This document shows positions 51,672 to 63,244 of a DNA stretch of 64,000 bases, piece by piece. How positions within the stretch are numbered: the first letter of the stretch is position 1; the number at the start of each line of letters is the position of its first letter. The stretch comes from Vicinamibacteria bacterium (lineage in GTDB: Bacteria > Acidobacteriota > Vicinamibacteria > Marinacidobacterales > Marinacidobacteraceae). A program made the position numbers and the translations under genes. Under the pieces are notes generated by a model that saw only the letters and a list, made by a program, of their open reading frames with translations, was not told where the DNA came from and made no database searches. Location: the NCBI GenBank assembly GCA_963668695.2, contig CAXXLQ010000004.1, positions 2,528,001-2,592,000 of the forward strand. Reading direction: 5' to 3'.

Positions 51672-52096
51672 GTGATGAGCTTCCGCGCGTCTTCGAGGTC
51701 GCGGGCGTAATTTTCTGGTTGTTCTACGCCCTCGTGCTGCCGGTGGTCGGCGGCGCCTGGTTCCTCGTTGTCCTCTGCCTCGCCTTCTTCGAGTGGCTTG
51801 CGGGCTGACGCGCGTTTGCCGGGCATCTACCAGCGGTCCCCCGACCACGCCTTCCACGGGCCGGCGCCGAGCGAGCCGCACTACCACGGCTGGACCGTCC
51901 ACGGGGCGCGCGCGATGTTCGCGGTGCCGCTGCGGTTCGCCACGGCGCCCTTCTTCCGGCGCGACAGCAGCCTCCCTGGCTAGCCCAGAGAGCGCCGGCG
52001 TCCCTTCAACGGGCCGCCGCGGTCCGTTCCAGCAGGTCGCAGAGGCGCGGCAGGGCCCGCCGGTCTTTTTCCCGGTCGGCGGTCTCCCTCCCGCCC

Positions 52097-53263
52097 TCAG
52101 ACGACTTCGACGATGTAGCGCTCGCGGAGCAGCCGCCACGCCGACGCTGCGAACGCGGTCAACGGAATCGCCAGCAGCGTCCCGGTGAGGCCGCCGAGCG
52201 CGCTGCCCCAGAAGAGGACCGCGACGATGATCGCCATCCAGTGGAGACCCGTCTGGTCACCCATGATCTTGGGGGTGAGCACCCATCCTTCGATCAACTG
52301 CACGGCGATCAGGACACCGGCGGTCAGAGCCGCGAGCACGAGCCCGCCGTCCGGTTGGATCCAGGCCAGCGGCACCGCGACGGCAAACCCCACGGCCGTC
52401 CCCAGGTAGGGAATGATGGTCAAGACGCCGAGCCCCAACCCGATCACGAAACCGTAGTCGAGGCCGATCGCGGTGAATCCCACCGCCACCAGCAGCCCCT
52501 GGAGGAACGCCACCACGAGTTGGGCCCGGAAGAACACGATCAGGATCTGCACGAAATCCCTGGTGAGCCGGACCACGCTGTCCCGGGTCCGCGGTTTCAG
52601 GAACGGCAGAACCCGGGCCGTGTCGGTGGGCGGGGGCTCCCACAGCAGGAAGAACCCGAAATAGAGTGGCAGAACCGCCCAGGAGAGCAGCGCGCCGACT
52701 CCCCGCAGGATTCCGGCGCTGGCCGCGACCGCCTGTTCCCCGACCAGGGCGAGCCCCTGGAGAAGGGACGCCTGCTGGCTCAGCACGAAGTCCCGGACCT
52801 GCTGTCCCACCGGGTGGTTTTCGAAGAAGTCCACGAACGTCGGGGTCTCGGCGACCACCCAGGCATAGGCGTTTTCAAGAAGGGTCGGCGCCCGTTGCAC
52901 CAGATCGCCAAGCTGGGTCGCGAGCAGGCGCCCGAAGACGAGCGCGAAGCCGGCGAGGGCCGCCGCCACGGATACGTACACCGCGATGAGCGCCGCCCAG
53001 GCGGGCAGCCGCAGGCGGGTCCGGAAGGCGTGGAACCACGGCTTGAAGACCAGCGCGGCCAGACCGCCCACCGCGAGGGGGAGCAGCACGTGGGAGAACG
53101 CGGAGACGAACCGGTAGAGGAGCCAGACGACGCCGCAGCCGGCGCCGAGAATGACCGCTGACGACAGAACGACCAAGGCCGCCGCCCGCGGATCTCCGGA
53201 ACGGGCCGGCTCCGAGCCCCCCGGCCGTTCCGGGCCCCCCGGCCGCCCCGTCCCGTCGTGCAT
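52097..53263 (-). CDS. AI-2E family transporter
   Basis: Multiple TMs, IPYLG, QLIEGWVLTPKIMG, G.LLAIP. Confidence 0.9.
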   Translation of the reverse strand: MHDGTGRPGGPERPGGSEPARSGDPRAAALVVLSSAVILGAGCGVVWLLYRFVSAFSHVLLPLAVGGLAALVFKPWFHAFRTRLRLPAWAALIAVYVSVAAALAGFALVFGRLLATQLGDLVQRAPTLLENAYAWVVAETPTFVDFFENHPVGQQVRDFVLSQQASLLQGLALVGEQAVAASAGILRGVGALLSWAVLPLYFGFFLLWEPPPTDTARVLPFLKPRTRDSVVRLTRDFVQILIVFFRAQLVVAFLQGLLVAVGFTAIGLDYGFVIGLGLGVLTIIPYLGTAVGFAVAVPLAWIQPDGGLVLAALTAGVLIAVQLIEGWVLTPKIMGDQTGLHWMAIIVAVLFWGSALGGLTGTLLAIPLTAFAASAWRLLRERYIVEVV

Positions 53264-53273
53264 CAGCCCGTTA

Positions 53274-53494
53274 GCGCCCGGTGGCGAAAGCCCTCGCCGT
53301 CAGTTCGCGGCGCAGAGCGCCGCGGGGGTGGGGTGTGGGGAGGGGTTTCCCCTCCCCACGAAAGACGTTGTCGCGAATCGCGGAGCGGTTCGCGGCAACC
53401 TCCCGCGGGGAAAGCGTCCCGCATTCACGGGATTTTGCCGAGTTTGCACGTCTCGCGCGCTAGCCGCGGTGCGGGGCGCTTTTCCCACGGGAGC
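53274..53494. mobile_element. MITE family B copy
   Basis: Reverse complement of the 34606-34828 core incl. GGGGAGGGGTTTCCCCTCCCC hairpin. Confidence 0.7.
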
Positions 53495-54994
53495 CTAATA
53501 TCGATAGCTGTCCGGCTTGTAGGGCCCGTCGATCGGGACGTCGATGTAGTCGCTCTGCTCCGGCGTCAGGCGGGTGAGCCGCGCTCCGAGCTTGTCGAGA
53601 TGCAGACGGGCGACTTCCTCGTCGAGATGCTTCGGCAGTACGTGGACACCGAGGGCGTAGTGCTCCGGCCGCTGGTGCAGTTCCAGTTGCGCGAGCACCT
53701 GGTTCGCAAAGCTCGAACTCATCACGAAACTGGGATGGCCGGTCGCGTTCCCGAGGTTCAGCAGCCGTCCCTCCGAAAGCACCAGGATCTGCCGTCCGTC
53801 CGGGAAGATCCAGGCGTCCACCTGGGGCTTGATGTTCTGGCGCCGGATACCCGGTTCGGCGGCGAGTCCCGCCATGTCGATTTCGTTATCGAAGTGGCCG
53901 ACGTTTCCGACGATGGCGTTTCGCTTCATGCGCCGCATGTGCTCCACGCCGATCACCCGGACGTTTCCGGTGGTGGTTACGAAAACGTCGGCCTCGTCGA
54001 CCACGTCTTCCAACCGGACCACCTGATACCCGTCCATGAGCGCCTGGAGCGCGCAGATGGGGTCCACTTCGGTGACGACGATCCGGCACTTCTGCCCGGC
54101 GAGCGACTGCGCCGCGCCCTTACCCACCTCGCCGTAGCCGAGCACCACCGCGAGCTTGCCGCTCAGCATCACGTCGGTGCCCCGCATGAGGCCGTCCACC
54201 AGCGAGTGCCGGATTCCGTAGACGTTGTCGAACTTGCTCTTCGTGACCGAGTCGTTGACGTTGATCGCGGGAAACAGCAGCGATCCCTCGCGGTGCATGC
54301 GGGCCAGCCGGTGGACCCCGGTGGTGGTTTCCTCGGTGACGCCCACGATGCCGGCGGCGAGCGCTCCGAGCCAGCCCGGCCGTTCTTCGGCGGCGGCCGC
54401 GAGGAGCGAATAGATGACGGCCACTTCCTCGTTCTCCGCCGATTCCGGCGCCGGAACGGCTCCCGCGCGCTCGCATTCCACGCCCTTGTGTACCAGCAGG
54501 GTGGCGTCGCCGCCGTCATCCAGGATGAGGCTGGGGCCGCGCCCGTCCGGCCAGTCGAAGGCCTGCGCCGTGCACCACCAGTACTCGGCGAGCGTCTCGC
54601 CCTTCCACGCGAAGACCGCCGGCCCTCTCAGGTCGTGGGCGTCTCCGCCGCGTCCCGCCACCACGGCGGCGGCGGCGTGGTCCTGGGTCGAGTAGATGTT
54701 GCAGCTCGCCCAGCGCACTTCCGCGCCGAGATCCAGCAGTGTTTCGATGAGCACCGCGGTCTGGATCGTCATGTGGAGCGATCCGGTGATCCGGGCGCCG
54801 GCGAGCGGCCGGTCCACCGCGTAGCGCTCCCGAATCGCCATCAGACCCGGCATCTCGTGTTCTGCAAGTTCGATTTCGCGCCGCCCGAAGGCGATGGTTT
54901 CCGGGGAGAGATCGGCGACGCGATGAGGAACGCCCCCGAACAGCGGTAGTCCGGTGTTCAGGAAGGTCCGGGTCGCAGCGGGGGCTTGGGGCAC
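53495..54994 (-). CDS. ahcY: S-adenosylhomocysteine hydrolase
   Basis: [45 protein letters not shown]. Confidence 0.98.
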   Translation of the reverse strand: MPQAPAATRTFLNTGLPLFGGVPHRVADLSPETIAFGRREIELAEHEMPGLMAIRERYAVDRPLAGARITGSLHMTIQTAVLIETLLDLGAEVRWASCNIYSTQDHAAAAVVAGRGGDAHDLRGPAVFAWKGETLAEYWWCTAQAFDWPDGRGPSLILDDGGDATLLVHKGVECERAGAVPAPESAENEEVAVIYSLLAAAAEERPGWLGALAAGIVGVTEETTTGVHRLARMHREGSLLFPAINVNDSVTKSKFDNVYGIRHSLVDGLMRGTDVMLSGKLAVVLGYGEVGKGAAQSLAGQKCRIVVTEVDPICALQALMDGYQVVRLEDVVDEADVFVTTTGNVRVIGVEHMRRMKRNAIVGNVGHFDNEIDMAGLAAEPGIRRQNIKPQVDAWIFPDGRQILVLSEGRLLNLGNATGHPSFVMSSSFANQVLAQLELHQRPEHYALGVHVLPKHLDEEVARLHLDKLGARLTRLTPEQSDYIDVPIDGPYKPDSYRY

Positions 54995-55028
54995 GGATTC
55001 CGGGTCCTTTGGGAAGAGCGGTCGTGGA

Positions 55029-55946
55029 TCAGCGGTCGTTTTTTCGGCGTCCGCCGCCGAGGAAGGCGGTAGACAGGAACCCCCCGGCGAGGGCCAAACC
55101 GGCGGTGACGATCTGGGCGCCCGTCGGTACGAAATGGACGCCGTTCATGGTCTGGAAGGGCCAGAGCCCTGCCGAGGCTCCCAGCAGGAGCCCGAAGAGC
55201 ACGCCGAGAGTCACCTGCCGATGGGCGCCCAGAAAGTATCGCACGAGGCGCGCGGCGGCGGCGATGCCGAGCGCTATGCCGAAGAAGAAGGGGAGGACGC
55301 CGGAAATGGCCGCGAGAATCGCCGACGGATCCCAGGGCCGCGATCCGAGGGTGTCTGCCAGCCGGTCCGCCGCGTTCAGAAACGGCAGGTACATCCCCAT
55401 CAACAGCAGCAGGGTGCTGCCGCTGATCCCGGGCAGCACCATCGCGAAGGCGGCGACCGCTCCGGCCCCGAAGAGGGCGGGCGCCGACGCCGCGAGTGCC
55501 GACGCCTCCGGGCCTCCCCGGCTTACCAGCACGATCGGAAGCACTACTGCCAGCGCTCCCGCGACCGATCCCACCCCAAAGGCCCGGTCGGGAGATGACG
55601 CCATCCGCCAGAGCAGCGGGGCGCCCCCGAGCGTGAGGCCGAGGAACAGCGCGAAGAACAGGACCGGCCACGCGGTGAAGGCGTCGCGAGCCGCACCGGC
55701 GACGCCGAAGACGGCCAGCAGGGCTGATCCGACGGTCACCAGGAGGCGGGCCACCGAGGCGCGCCGCAGCCGTCCCGAGGTGATTTCGGCGACCGCGCCT
55801 ACCAGCTCCGGGTAGACCCCGGCGGCCAGAATCATCGTTCCGGCGCTCACCCCAGGTACGAGACTCGCGAGGCCGCCGAGGATTCCGGCCACCGCACATC
55901 GTCCCAGGGTTACCCTGCGGCCGGTCCCTCCGCTGAGCTGCACCAT
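55029..55946 (-). CDS. DUF368-family membrane protein
   Basis: LVPGVSAGT and [13 protein letters not shown] repeats. Confidence 0.85.
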   Translation of the reverse strand: MVQLSGGTGRRVTLGRCAVAGILGGLASLVPGVSAGTMILAAGVYPELVGAVAEITSGRLRRASVARLLVTVGSALLAVFGVAGAARDAFTAWPVLFFALFLGLTLGGAPLLWRMASSPDRAFGVGSVAGALAVVLPIVLVSRGGPEASALAASAPALFGAGAVAAFAMVLPGISGSTLLLLMGMYLPFLNAADRLADTLGSRPWDPSAILAAISGVLPFFFGIALGIAAAARLVRYFLGAHRQVTLGVLFGLLLGASAGLWPFQTMNGVHFVPTGAQIVTAGLALAGGFLSTAFLGGGRRKNDR

Positions 55947-56034
55947 TTGGCGAGTGTACGGTTCAAGAGCGCTCCCCCGGCCGCTCGCGATCGGCCATGA
56001 TCCCGGCGCCGGTCCCAAGCACCCGAGGGCCTAA

Positions 56035-56689
56035 ACAGCCTGTGCTGAAACCCAGGCGGCGTTCGAGCGGCGATCCATCCCGGCCAAACAACCGGTGATG
56101 AAACCCACGCGGCCCAGTTCTCCCGGTGGGGGCTCGGCCGGCGATCCATCCCGGCCAAACAACCGGTGATGAAACCCACGCGGCCCAGTTCTCCCGGTGG
56201 GGGCTCGGCCGGCGATCCATCCCGGCTGAACCGCGTCGCTTCGCGGCGCTCATCGTTGCGTTTCGGTCGGAATACACGCGGTATTCCTCCCTCACGCGCC
56301 TTGTCAGCCGGACCCCCACCGGGAGAACTGGGCCTCGCCGGCCTCGGCGCTCACGCGGGTTCCACCACCGGCTGTTCACCGCGTCGCTTCGCGCCGCTCA
56401 TCGTTGCGTTTCGGTCGGAATACACCCGGGCCAGTTCTCCCGGTGGGGGCTCCTCCCTCACGCGCCTTGTCAGCCGGGCGCCTCCCCGGCCTCGGCGCTC
56501 ACGTGGGTTCCACCACCGGCTGTTCACCGCGCCGCTTTGCGGCGCTCGGCGTTGCGCTTCGGTCGAAATACACTCGGGCCAGTTCTCCCGGTGGGGGCTC
56601 CTCCCTCACGCGCCTTGTCACCCGGACCCCCACCGGGAGAACTGGGCCTCCCCGCTCTCGGCGCTCACCCGGGTTCCACCACAGGCTGT
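56035..56689. mobile_element. Expanded MITE family A
   Basis: ACAGCCTGTG ... CACAGGCTGT with TAA on both flanks; same internal tandem units as 46416-47410. Confidence 0.88.
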
Positions 56690-56691
56690 TA

Positions 56692-58275
56692 ATGCTTCGA
56701 AAAACGAGTGTCACCTTCGTCGCTCTCCTCCTCACCGCCAGCGGCTGCGGGGACCGCTACGACCGGATTCTGGTGGGCGGCGAGGTGTACGACGGGCGCG
56801 GGAACCCGCCGCAGGTCATGGATATCGGCATCAACGGCGACCGCATCGCCGCCATCGGGGACCTGTCCGCGGCAAGCGCCGGGCAGCGCACCGACGTCTC
56901 CGGGCTCGCGGTGGTCCCCGGCCTGGTGGATATCCACAGCCACGCGGTCCTTGGCGTCTTCCGTCACCCGCTCGCGGAGAACTACCTGCGGCAGGGGGTG
57001 ACCACCGCCGTCGGCGGCCCCGACGGCGGCTCGCCGCTGCCGGTCGGCGCGTGGCTGGAGCGGTTCGAGGCGGAGGGCTCCGCGATCAACATGGGGCTCC
57101 TGGTCGGGCACGGGACCGTGCGCCGCGAAGTTCTGGGAATGGAGGATCGGGCCCCGACCGAAGCCGAACTCGACGCCATGCGCGACCTGGTGGACGCCGC
57201 GATGCGCGAGGGAGCGTTCGGTCTCTCCACCGGGCTCAAGCTCCTCCCCGGCGCCTTCGCCGAGACCGAGGAGGTCATCGCCCTCGCCCGGGTGGCCGCG
57301 GGCTACGGCGGCGTTCACATCAGCCACCTGCGCGAGGAGGGGCTGGCGCTGCTGGACGCGGTGCGCGAGACGATCCGCATTGGCGAGGAGGGAGGTCTCC
57401 CCACCCAACTCACCCATCACAAGGTGGTCGGCGCCCCGATGTGGGGTCGGAGCGAGGCGAGCCTCGCCCTCGTGGACGAAGCGGTGGCCCGCGGGGTGGA
57501 TGTGACGATCGACCAATATCCCTACACCGCCTCGTCCACTTTTCTCACGATCCTGTTTCCGGCCTGGAGCCTCGCCGGCGGCGCCGAAGCTCTCGCCGGG
57601 CGCCTCCGGGACCACGGGGACCCCGGGGACCGGGAGCGGATCCGGTTGGCGGTCCGGGAGAACCTCGAAGTGGATCGTGGCGGCGGCAGCCCCGACAACG
57701 TCGTCATCGCCGATTGCGAGTGGGACCCGTCGCTCGAAGGGAAGAGCCTCGGCGACATCCTTCGCGAACGGGGTCTCCCCGTCACGACCGACGCGGGGGC
57801 GACGCTCGCCCTCGAACTCCAGGAAAAAGGCGGGTTCCTCGGCGTCTTCCACGCCATGCACGAGGACGATGTCCGACGCATCATGCTCCATCCGCGGACC
57901 ATGATCGCCTCCGACGGCGGCATCGTGGCCCCCGGCGAAGGGGTGCCGCATCCGCGGAACTACGGGACCTTCGCCCGGGTGTTTTCGCTCTATGTCCGCG
58001 AGGCCGGCCTGCTTTCCTTCGCCGAGGCGGTCCGCAAGATGACTTCGCTCCCGGCCGGCCGGCTCGGGATGACCGATCGGGGGGTGCTGGAGGAAGGGGC
58101 GGTTGCGGACATTGCGGTGCTCGACCCGGAAGCGGTCGAGGCGCCGGCCGGGTTCGGCGATCCGCACCGGTACGCCACCGGGGCGCGGCACGTGCTGGTC
58201 TCCGGGGTCTTGGTCCTCGAGGACGGGGAGGTCACCGGCGCCCGTCCCGGCCGCGCACTCCGCCGCGGCCGGTAG
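56692..58275 (+). CDS. N-acyl-D-amino acid deacylase family amidohydrolase (lipoprotein)
   Basis: ASGC lipobox, PGLVDIHSH, SHLREE, DQYPY, HPRNYGTFAR. Confidence 0.92.
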   Translation: MLRKTSVTFVALLLTASGCGDRYDRILVGGEVYDGRGNPPQVMDIGINGDRIAAIGDLSAASAGQRTDVSGLAVVPGLVDIHSHAVLGVFRHPLAENYLRQGVTTAVGGPDGGSPLPVGAWLERFEAEGSAINMGLLVGHGTVRREVLGMEDRAPTEAELDAMRDLVDAAMREGAFGLSTGLKLLPGAFAETEEVIALARVAAGYGGVHISHLREEGLALLDAVRETIRIGEEGGLPTQLTHHKVVGAPMWGRSEASLALVDEAVARGVDVTIDQYPYTASSTFLTILFPAWSLAGGAEALAGRLRDHGDPGDRERIRLAVRENLEVDRGGGSPDNVVIADCEWDPSLEGKSLGDILRERGLPVTTDAGATLALELQEKGGFLGVFHAMHEDDVRRIMLHPRTMIASDGGIVAPGEGVPHPRNYGTFARVFSLYVREAGLLSFAEAVRKMTSLPAGRLGMTDRGVLEEGAVADIAVLDPEAVEAPAGFGDPHRYATGARHVLVSGVLVLEDGEVTGARPGRALRRGR

Positions 58276-58458
58276 GAGCGCCGGTCTTCAGGGCCCGACC
58301 GGGAGAACTGGCCAGCATCGCCCGCCGGAGGCGGGCGAAACGCGCGATGCTCACCACCCTCGCGGTGCCCACGGTAACGCTGGGTTCCCGAGGTTGAAGA
58401 AGACGCGCTGGCAGCATCGGAAACGCCTCCACGAAGCGAAAACCGCGAAGATACCCCG

Positions 58459-59088
58459 GTGTTCGCTGTTCGCGATCTGTCCATCTCCGGCCTGCCGCCG
58501 CTCGCCTTCGAGGTGCCGCCGGCCGGCGTCCTCGCGATTTCGGGTCCCTCCGGGTCGGGCAAGACCCTCCTGCTCCGGGCCCTCGCCGACCTCGATCCGC
58601 ATGGGGGACAACTCTCGTGGTCGGGAAGATCGTGCGAGGGGGTACCGGCGCCCGAGTGGCGCCGGCAGGTGGGACTGCTCCCCGCCGAACCGCGCTTCTG
58701 GCACCCCACGGTCGGCGCGCACTTCCCGGCCGAAGCGAACGCGCTGGGGGAGGAGTTCGCCTCCCTCCGGCTTGACCCCAAGATTCGAGATGCCGACCCC
58801 ATGCTCCTGTCCACCGGCGAACGATCCCGGCTGGCGCTCCTGCGACTCCTGCTGCGCGCTCCCGAAGTCCTTCTCCTCGACGAGCCCACGGCCAACCTCG
58901 ACCAGGACAACCGGGCGCTCGTCATAGGACGGATCGACCGCTACCGGAGAGAGCACGGGGCGCCCGTACTGTGGGTTTCCCATCTCCCGGAGGTGGTCGC
59001 CGCCGCGGACCGGGTGCTGGTTCTTCCGGAAGGGAACGTGCGGTTGCCCTCTCCCGGAAGCGCGGCCGCGGCGGAGAATTCTCCGTGA
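58459..59088 (+). CDS. ABC ATPase, FetA/YbbL-like
   Basis: GPSGSGKT, WRRQV, LSTGE, LLLDEPTANLD. Confidence 0.85.
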   Translation: MFAVRDLSISGLPPLAFEVPPAGVLAISGPSGSGKTLLLRALADLDPHGGQLSWSGRSCEGVPAPEWRRQVGLLPAEPRFWHPTVGAHFPAEANALGEEFASLRLDPKIRDADPMLLSTGERSRLALLRLLLRAPEVLLLDEPTANLDQDNRALVIGRIDRYRREHGAPVLWVSHLPEVVAAADRVLVLPEGNVRLPSPGSAAAAENSP

Positions 59089-59873
59089 TTCCTCTCACCT
59101 ACTGGGACCTCGTCGCGGCGGCGGCCACGGTGGTGGCGCTCGCCGCCGCGAACCGGATGGCGGGACTCGGCGCCTCCCGCCAACTGCTCTGGCTCGCCGC
59201 CCGGGGGTCCGCTCAGCTTCTGCTGTTGGGGCTCGTGCTGCGGTTCGTACTCGGAACGAGTCATCCCGTGATCGTCGGACTCATGGCGCTCTTCATGCTG
59301 GCGGTTGCGACGCGCGAGGTGAAGGTCCGCCAGGCGCGCCCGCTGGCCGGACGCTGGGGCTACTTCGCCGGAGCCCTGGCGATGTTCCTCTCGTCGTTCC
59401 TTTTCACTGTGTTCGCGCTCGCGGTGGTGCTTGGGCCCGATCCCTGGTGGGCGCCCCGGTTTTCCATCCCGCTCCTCGGCATGCTGCTCGGAAACACCAT
59501 GAACGGGGTTTCGCTCTCCACCGAGCGACTGACCGAAGCGGTGGTCCGGAGCCGCGACGTGATCGAACAGCGCCTCGCCCTCGGGGAAACCCGCGAGCAG
59601 GCGGTGTCCGACATTTCCCGGGAGAGCGTGCGGGCCGGGTTGATCCCGATTTTCAATGCGATGGCGGCTGCCGGAGTGGTGAGCCTTCCCGGAATGATGA
59701 CCGGGCAGATCCTCGCCGGAGCCCCGGTGGACCAGGCCGTCCGGTACCAGATCCTGATCCTGCTGCTCATCGCCGCGGGGACCGGTTTCGGGGTGTTGGC
59801 CGCGGTGCGGGTGGTATCCCGGAGGCTCTTCGACGACCGGCACCGGCTGCGGATCGATCGCCTCGCCGCCTGA
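59085..59873 (+). CDS. ABC permease, FetB/UPF0014-like
   Basis: IPLLGMLLGNTM, GVVSLPGMMTGQILAG, AVRYQI. Confidence 0.9.
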   Translation: MIPLTYWDLVAAAATVVALAAANRMAGLGASRQLLWLAARGSAQLLLLGLVLRFVLGTSHPVIVGLMALFMLAVATREVKVRQARPLAGRWGYFAGALAMFLSSFLFTVFALAVVLGPDPWWAPRFSIPLLGMLLGNTMNGVSLSTERLTEAVVRSRDVIEQRLALGETREQAVSDISRESVRAGLIPIFNAMAAAGVVSLPGMMTGQILAGAPVDQAVRYQILILLLIAAGTGFGVLAAVRVVSRRLFDDRHRLRIDRLAA

Positions 59874-59920
59874 AGAGGTCGCGCGGAAGACTCCGCGCCC
59901 GTCGACCAGACAGGCGATAG

Positions 59921-60121
59921 TCAGTAGTCGGGCGGCGGCGCGGAGCGCCGCCGGGGGAGGGGTTTGGGGAGGGGTTTCCCCTCCCCACAAAGAACGGAGG
60001 TGAGGATCGCGCAGCGATTCGCACCTCCACCCGTGGGAAAAGCACCCCGCTGCAGAGAAATCCACGGGTTCTGCCGTTTCCTTTGCGTTGGAGGAGAAAG
60101 GGGTGCATTTCCCACGGGCGT
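59921..60121. mobile_element. Degenerate MITE family B copy
   Basis: Shares GGGGAGGGGTTTCCCCTCCCC and GATCGCGCAGCGATTCGC hairpins. Confidence 0.6.
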
Positions 60122-60160
60122 TTGTAGGATACTGACCGGCTTCCGGAGGGCACCTACCGA

Positions 60161-61819
60161 ATGTCTCGAAACCGTCGCTCAAGCCTGCTTCTGGCTCTGC
60201 TCGTCGCCTGCGCGGTGGCCGCGCCACTGGCCGCTCAGGAAGACCTTCCCTTCCCGGTGCCGGACCGCACCGACGGGGAAGGGCCCTGGGACCGATTGAT
60301 CCTGCGCGGGCCCATCGTGATCGACGGCACCGGAGCGCCGCCGTACGGCCCCGTGGACATCATCGTCGAGGGCAACATCATCCACTCGATCCACAACGTG
60401 GGCACCGGGGTGACTCCGATCCGCGAAGAGGATCGTCCCAAGGCGGAGCCGGGGGATCACGAGATCGATCTCGAAGGCCACTACATCCTGCCCGGATTCA
60501 TCGACATGCACCTCCATCAGCACAACGAGGGCGAGGGGCAGAAGGTGCCCACCGAGTACATCCACAAACTCTGGATGGGCCACGGGATCACCACGGGCGG
60601 CGACCTCGGCAACTTCAACACCCGCTGGCTCATCCATCACAAGAACAGGGCGTGGAACAACGAAATCACCTCCCCGCGCATCCAGGCGTTCGTGGTCTTC
60701 GGGCGGGACGGTGAGGAACCGGTGACGAACCCCGACGCCGCCCGCCGCTGGGTGCAGTGGGTGAAGGAACAGGGGGCCGACGGGATCAAGTTCTTCGGAG
60801 CGCAGCCGCGGATCTTCCGGGCGGCGCTCGACGAAGCGGCCAAGCAGGGGCTCCGCTCCACCTCCCATCACGCCCAACTCGACGTGGTGGGCATGAACGC
60901 GCTCGAAACCGCCCGTGCCGGGCTGACCTCCATGACCCACTGGTACGGCCTCCCCGAGGCGATGTTCGTGGACAAGGCAATCCAGCACTACCCGGCCGAC
61001 TACAACTACAACAACGAGTACCACCGTTTTGGAGAAGCCGGACGGCTGTGGGCCCAGGCCGCGCCCCCGTTCTCGGAGAAATGGAACGAGGTGATGAACG
61101 AGCTCCTGGAGCTGGACTTCTCGATCCACCCGACCTGGGTCGCCTACATCGGCACCCGGGATCTCATGCGCCAGCAGCGGAACGAGTGGCACTCCGTTTA
61201 CACCCATCCCAACCTCTGGGAGTTCTACCGGCCGAACGCCGAGAACCACGCCTCCTACTTCTTCGACTGGACCACCCAGGTCGAACTCAACTGGAAGGAG
61301 AACTACCGGCTCTGGATGACCTTCGTGAACGAGTTCAAGAACCGCGGAGGCCGCGTCGCGGTCGGTAGCGACTCGGGCTACACCTTCAATCTCTACGGAT
61401 TCGGCTTTGTCCAGGAGCTCGAACTGATGCAGGAAGCGGGCTTCCATCCGCTCGAGGTCATCAAGGCGGCGACCCTGAACGGCGCCCAGGTGCTCGGGCT
61501 CGATGACCGGCTCGGGAGCATCGAAGAGGAAAAGCTTGCCGACTTCGTGGTGCTCGAGGAGAACCCCCTTCACAACCTGAAGGTGCTCTACGGGACCGGA
61601 ACGATCCGGCTGAACCACGAAACCGGCCGGACCGAGCGGATCGGCACGATCCGCTACACCATCAAGGACGGCATCGTGTACGACACCCGGAAGCTGCTCT
61701 CCGACGTGCGCGAGACCGTGCGCGCCGCCCGCGCCGAGCAGGGGCTTCCGCCCCCGCCGATGCCGCTCTTCCTCGAGGACAACGCCGACCACGACTTCCC
61801 GAAGCCGGGCAAGCGCTAG
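60161..61819 (+). CDS. Exported amidohydrolase-family protein
   Basis: Signal peptide, PGFIDMHLH, GSDSG, AATLNGA, KLAD. Confidence 0.9.
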   Translation: MSRNRRSSLLLALLVACAVAAPLAAQEDLPFPVPDRTDGEGPWDRLILRGPIVIDGTGAPPYGPVDIIVEGNIIHSIHNVGTGVTPIREEDRPKAEPGDHEIDLEGHYILPGFIDMHLHQHNEGEGQKVPTEYIHKLWMGHGITTGGDLGNFNTRWLIHHKNRAWNNEITSPRIQAFVVFGRDGEEPVTNPDAARRWVQWVKEQGADGIKFFGAQPRIFRAALDEAAKQGLRSTSHHAQLDVVGMNALETARAGLTSMTHWYGLPEAMFVDKAIQHYPADYNYNNEYHRFGEAGRLWAQAAPPFSEKWNEVMNELLELDFSIHPTWVAYIGTRDLMRQQRNEWHSVYTHPNLWEFYRPNAENHASYFFDWTTQVELNWKENYRLWMTFVNEFKNRGGRVAVGSDSGYTFNLYGFGFVQELELMQEAGFHPLEVIKAATLNGAQVLGLDDRLGSIEEEKLADFVVLEENPLHNLKVLYGTGTIRLNHETGRTERIGTIRYTIKDGIVYDTRKLLSDVRETVRAARAEQGLPPPPMPLFLEDNADHDFPKPGKR

Positions 61820-61988
61820 AAAGGGAGCGCCGGCCTTCAGGCCGGCACTGCGGCGCGCAGCGCCGCGGAACCGCGTACCGCACATCCCGCAGAAGCGCGG
61901 GAACGGCTTGGAACGCCGGCCTCCGGCCGGCACGGCCCGCCGATAGGCGGGCGAAACCGCGCAACGCCACGCGGGAAGAAGCGCGCAG

Positions 61989-63188
61989 GGAACCCACCTC
62001 TCGCTCCCCCCCACCGACATCGAGTTCCTGCGCGACGTGGTCGGCGATGCCCGCATCGTCGCCCTCGGGGAGAACACGCGCGGCACCCGGGATTTCTTCG
62101 AGATGAAGACGCGCGTTCTGCGTTTCTTAGTGGAAGAGATGGGGTTCAGGACCTTCGCCATGCAGGTGAACTGGCCCGAAGCTCGGCGCGTGGATCGCTA
62201 CGTTCGCACCGGTCAGGGCGATCCGGACAAGCTGCTCGCCGGGCTCTACCACTGGTGGTGGAACACCGAGTCGGTGCTGGAAGTGATCGAGTGGATGCGG
62301 GAGCACAATGCTGCGGGGGGCGATGTGGGCTTTGCCGGGTTCGACATGCTGTTCTCCGGGATGCCACTCCACAATCTTCGGCTGTTCCTCCGCGAGGTGG
62401 AGCCGGTCGCGGCCGACAAGGTGACTGTCCAACTGAATTGCCTTGGCCGCTTCGCGAACGGTCCCGACGGTTGGCGTTCCTTCCCCGAATACGACGATCA
62501 GTCTTCCGAGTACCACGCCGCTTGCGGGGCCGCGCTCAATGAAACCTGGGATGGGTTCCTCTTGATGCGGGACAAATACGAAGCGCTGGTGGGCGAGGAG
62601 GACTACGAAGTGGCCCTCCAGAACCTGCGGTTGGCCGTTCAGTACCACCTTTGGACTGCTGACGAGCGGGGCCGTGGTGAATCCATGGCCGAGAACGTGG
62701 AATGGATCCGTCGCCGGAGCGGCCCCCAACATCGAATCCTGCTGTGGGCCGACAACTACCACGCTTCCACCGAGCCGGGGGGCATGGGGGCCCATCTGCG
62801 CGAGGCCTTCGGGGACGAGTTTCTGACGGTCGGATTCAGCCACGAGCGGGGCCGATTCGTCGGGGTGTACCGGAGCGAAACCCCCAATCCCGGGTTCGCC
62901 GCCTTCGACCTCGACGCTCCCATCGCGGGATCCTTCGAGCACTATTTGTCGAGCGCGTCCTACCCACAGTTCCTCCTCGACCTTCGCGATCTGGATGCCA
63001 TCCAGGTTGGAGGCGCCAGGTTTGCCGAGACGCGGGCCTTCCGATTCATCGGGATCAACTACGAGCCGGCGATGCCCGAGTCCTTTTGGGTCCAGACACC
63101 GCTCAGTGATTGGTACGACGTGCTCATCCACGTCAAGACCACCCGCCCTAGCGTGGTCCTGCCGCTCCGTTTTCCGCACTCGTTCTAG
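61989..63188 (+). CDS. Erythromycin esterase-family protein, apparently 5'-truncated
   Basis: RIVALGENTRGTRDFF, GFD, MAENVEW, LWADNYH, MGAHLR; homology begins upstream of the first start codon (62037). Confidence 0.75.
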   Translation, partial: GTHLSLPPTDIEFLRDVVGDARIVALGENTRGTRDFFEMKTRVLRFLVEEMGFRTFAMQVNWPEARRVDRYVRTGQGDPDKLLAGLYHWWWNTESVLEVIEWMREHNAAGGDVGFAGFDMLFSGMPLHNLRLFLREVEPVAADKVTVQLNCLGRFANGPDGWRSFPEYDDQSSEYHAACGAALNETWDGFLLMRDKYEALVGEEDYEVALQNLRLAVQYHLWTADERGRGESMAENVEWIRRRSGPQHRILLWADNYHASTEPGGMGAHLREAFGDEFLTVGFSHERGRFVGVYRSETPNPGFAAFDLDAPIAGSFEHYLSSASYPQFLLDLRDLDAIQVGGARFAETRAFRFIGINYEPAMPESFWVQTPLSDWYDVLIHVKTTRPSVVLPLRFPHSF

Positions 63189-63244
63189 GGCTGCCACGCG
63201 TCCCCGGTTTACGGCGTTGCACGCGTAGTTGGCAAACCGCTCGC

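Noticed and set aside
54995-55030. SAH/SAM riboswitch before ahcY
   Set aside because: Only ~35 nt separate it from the upstream gene, and no motif is visible
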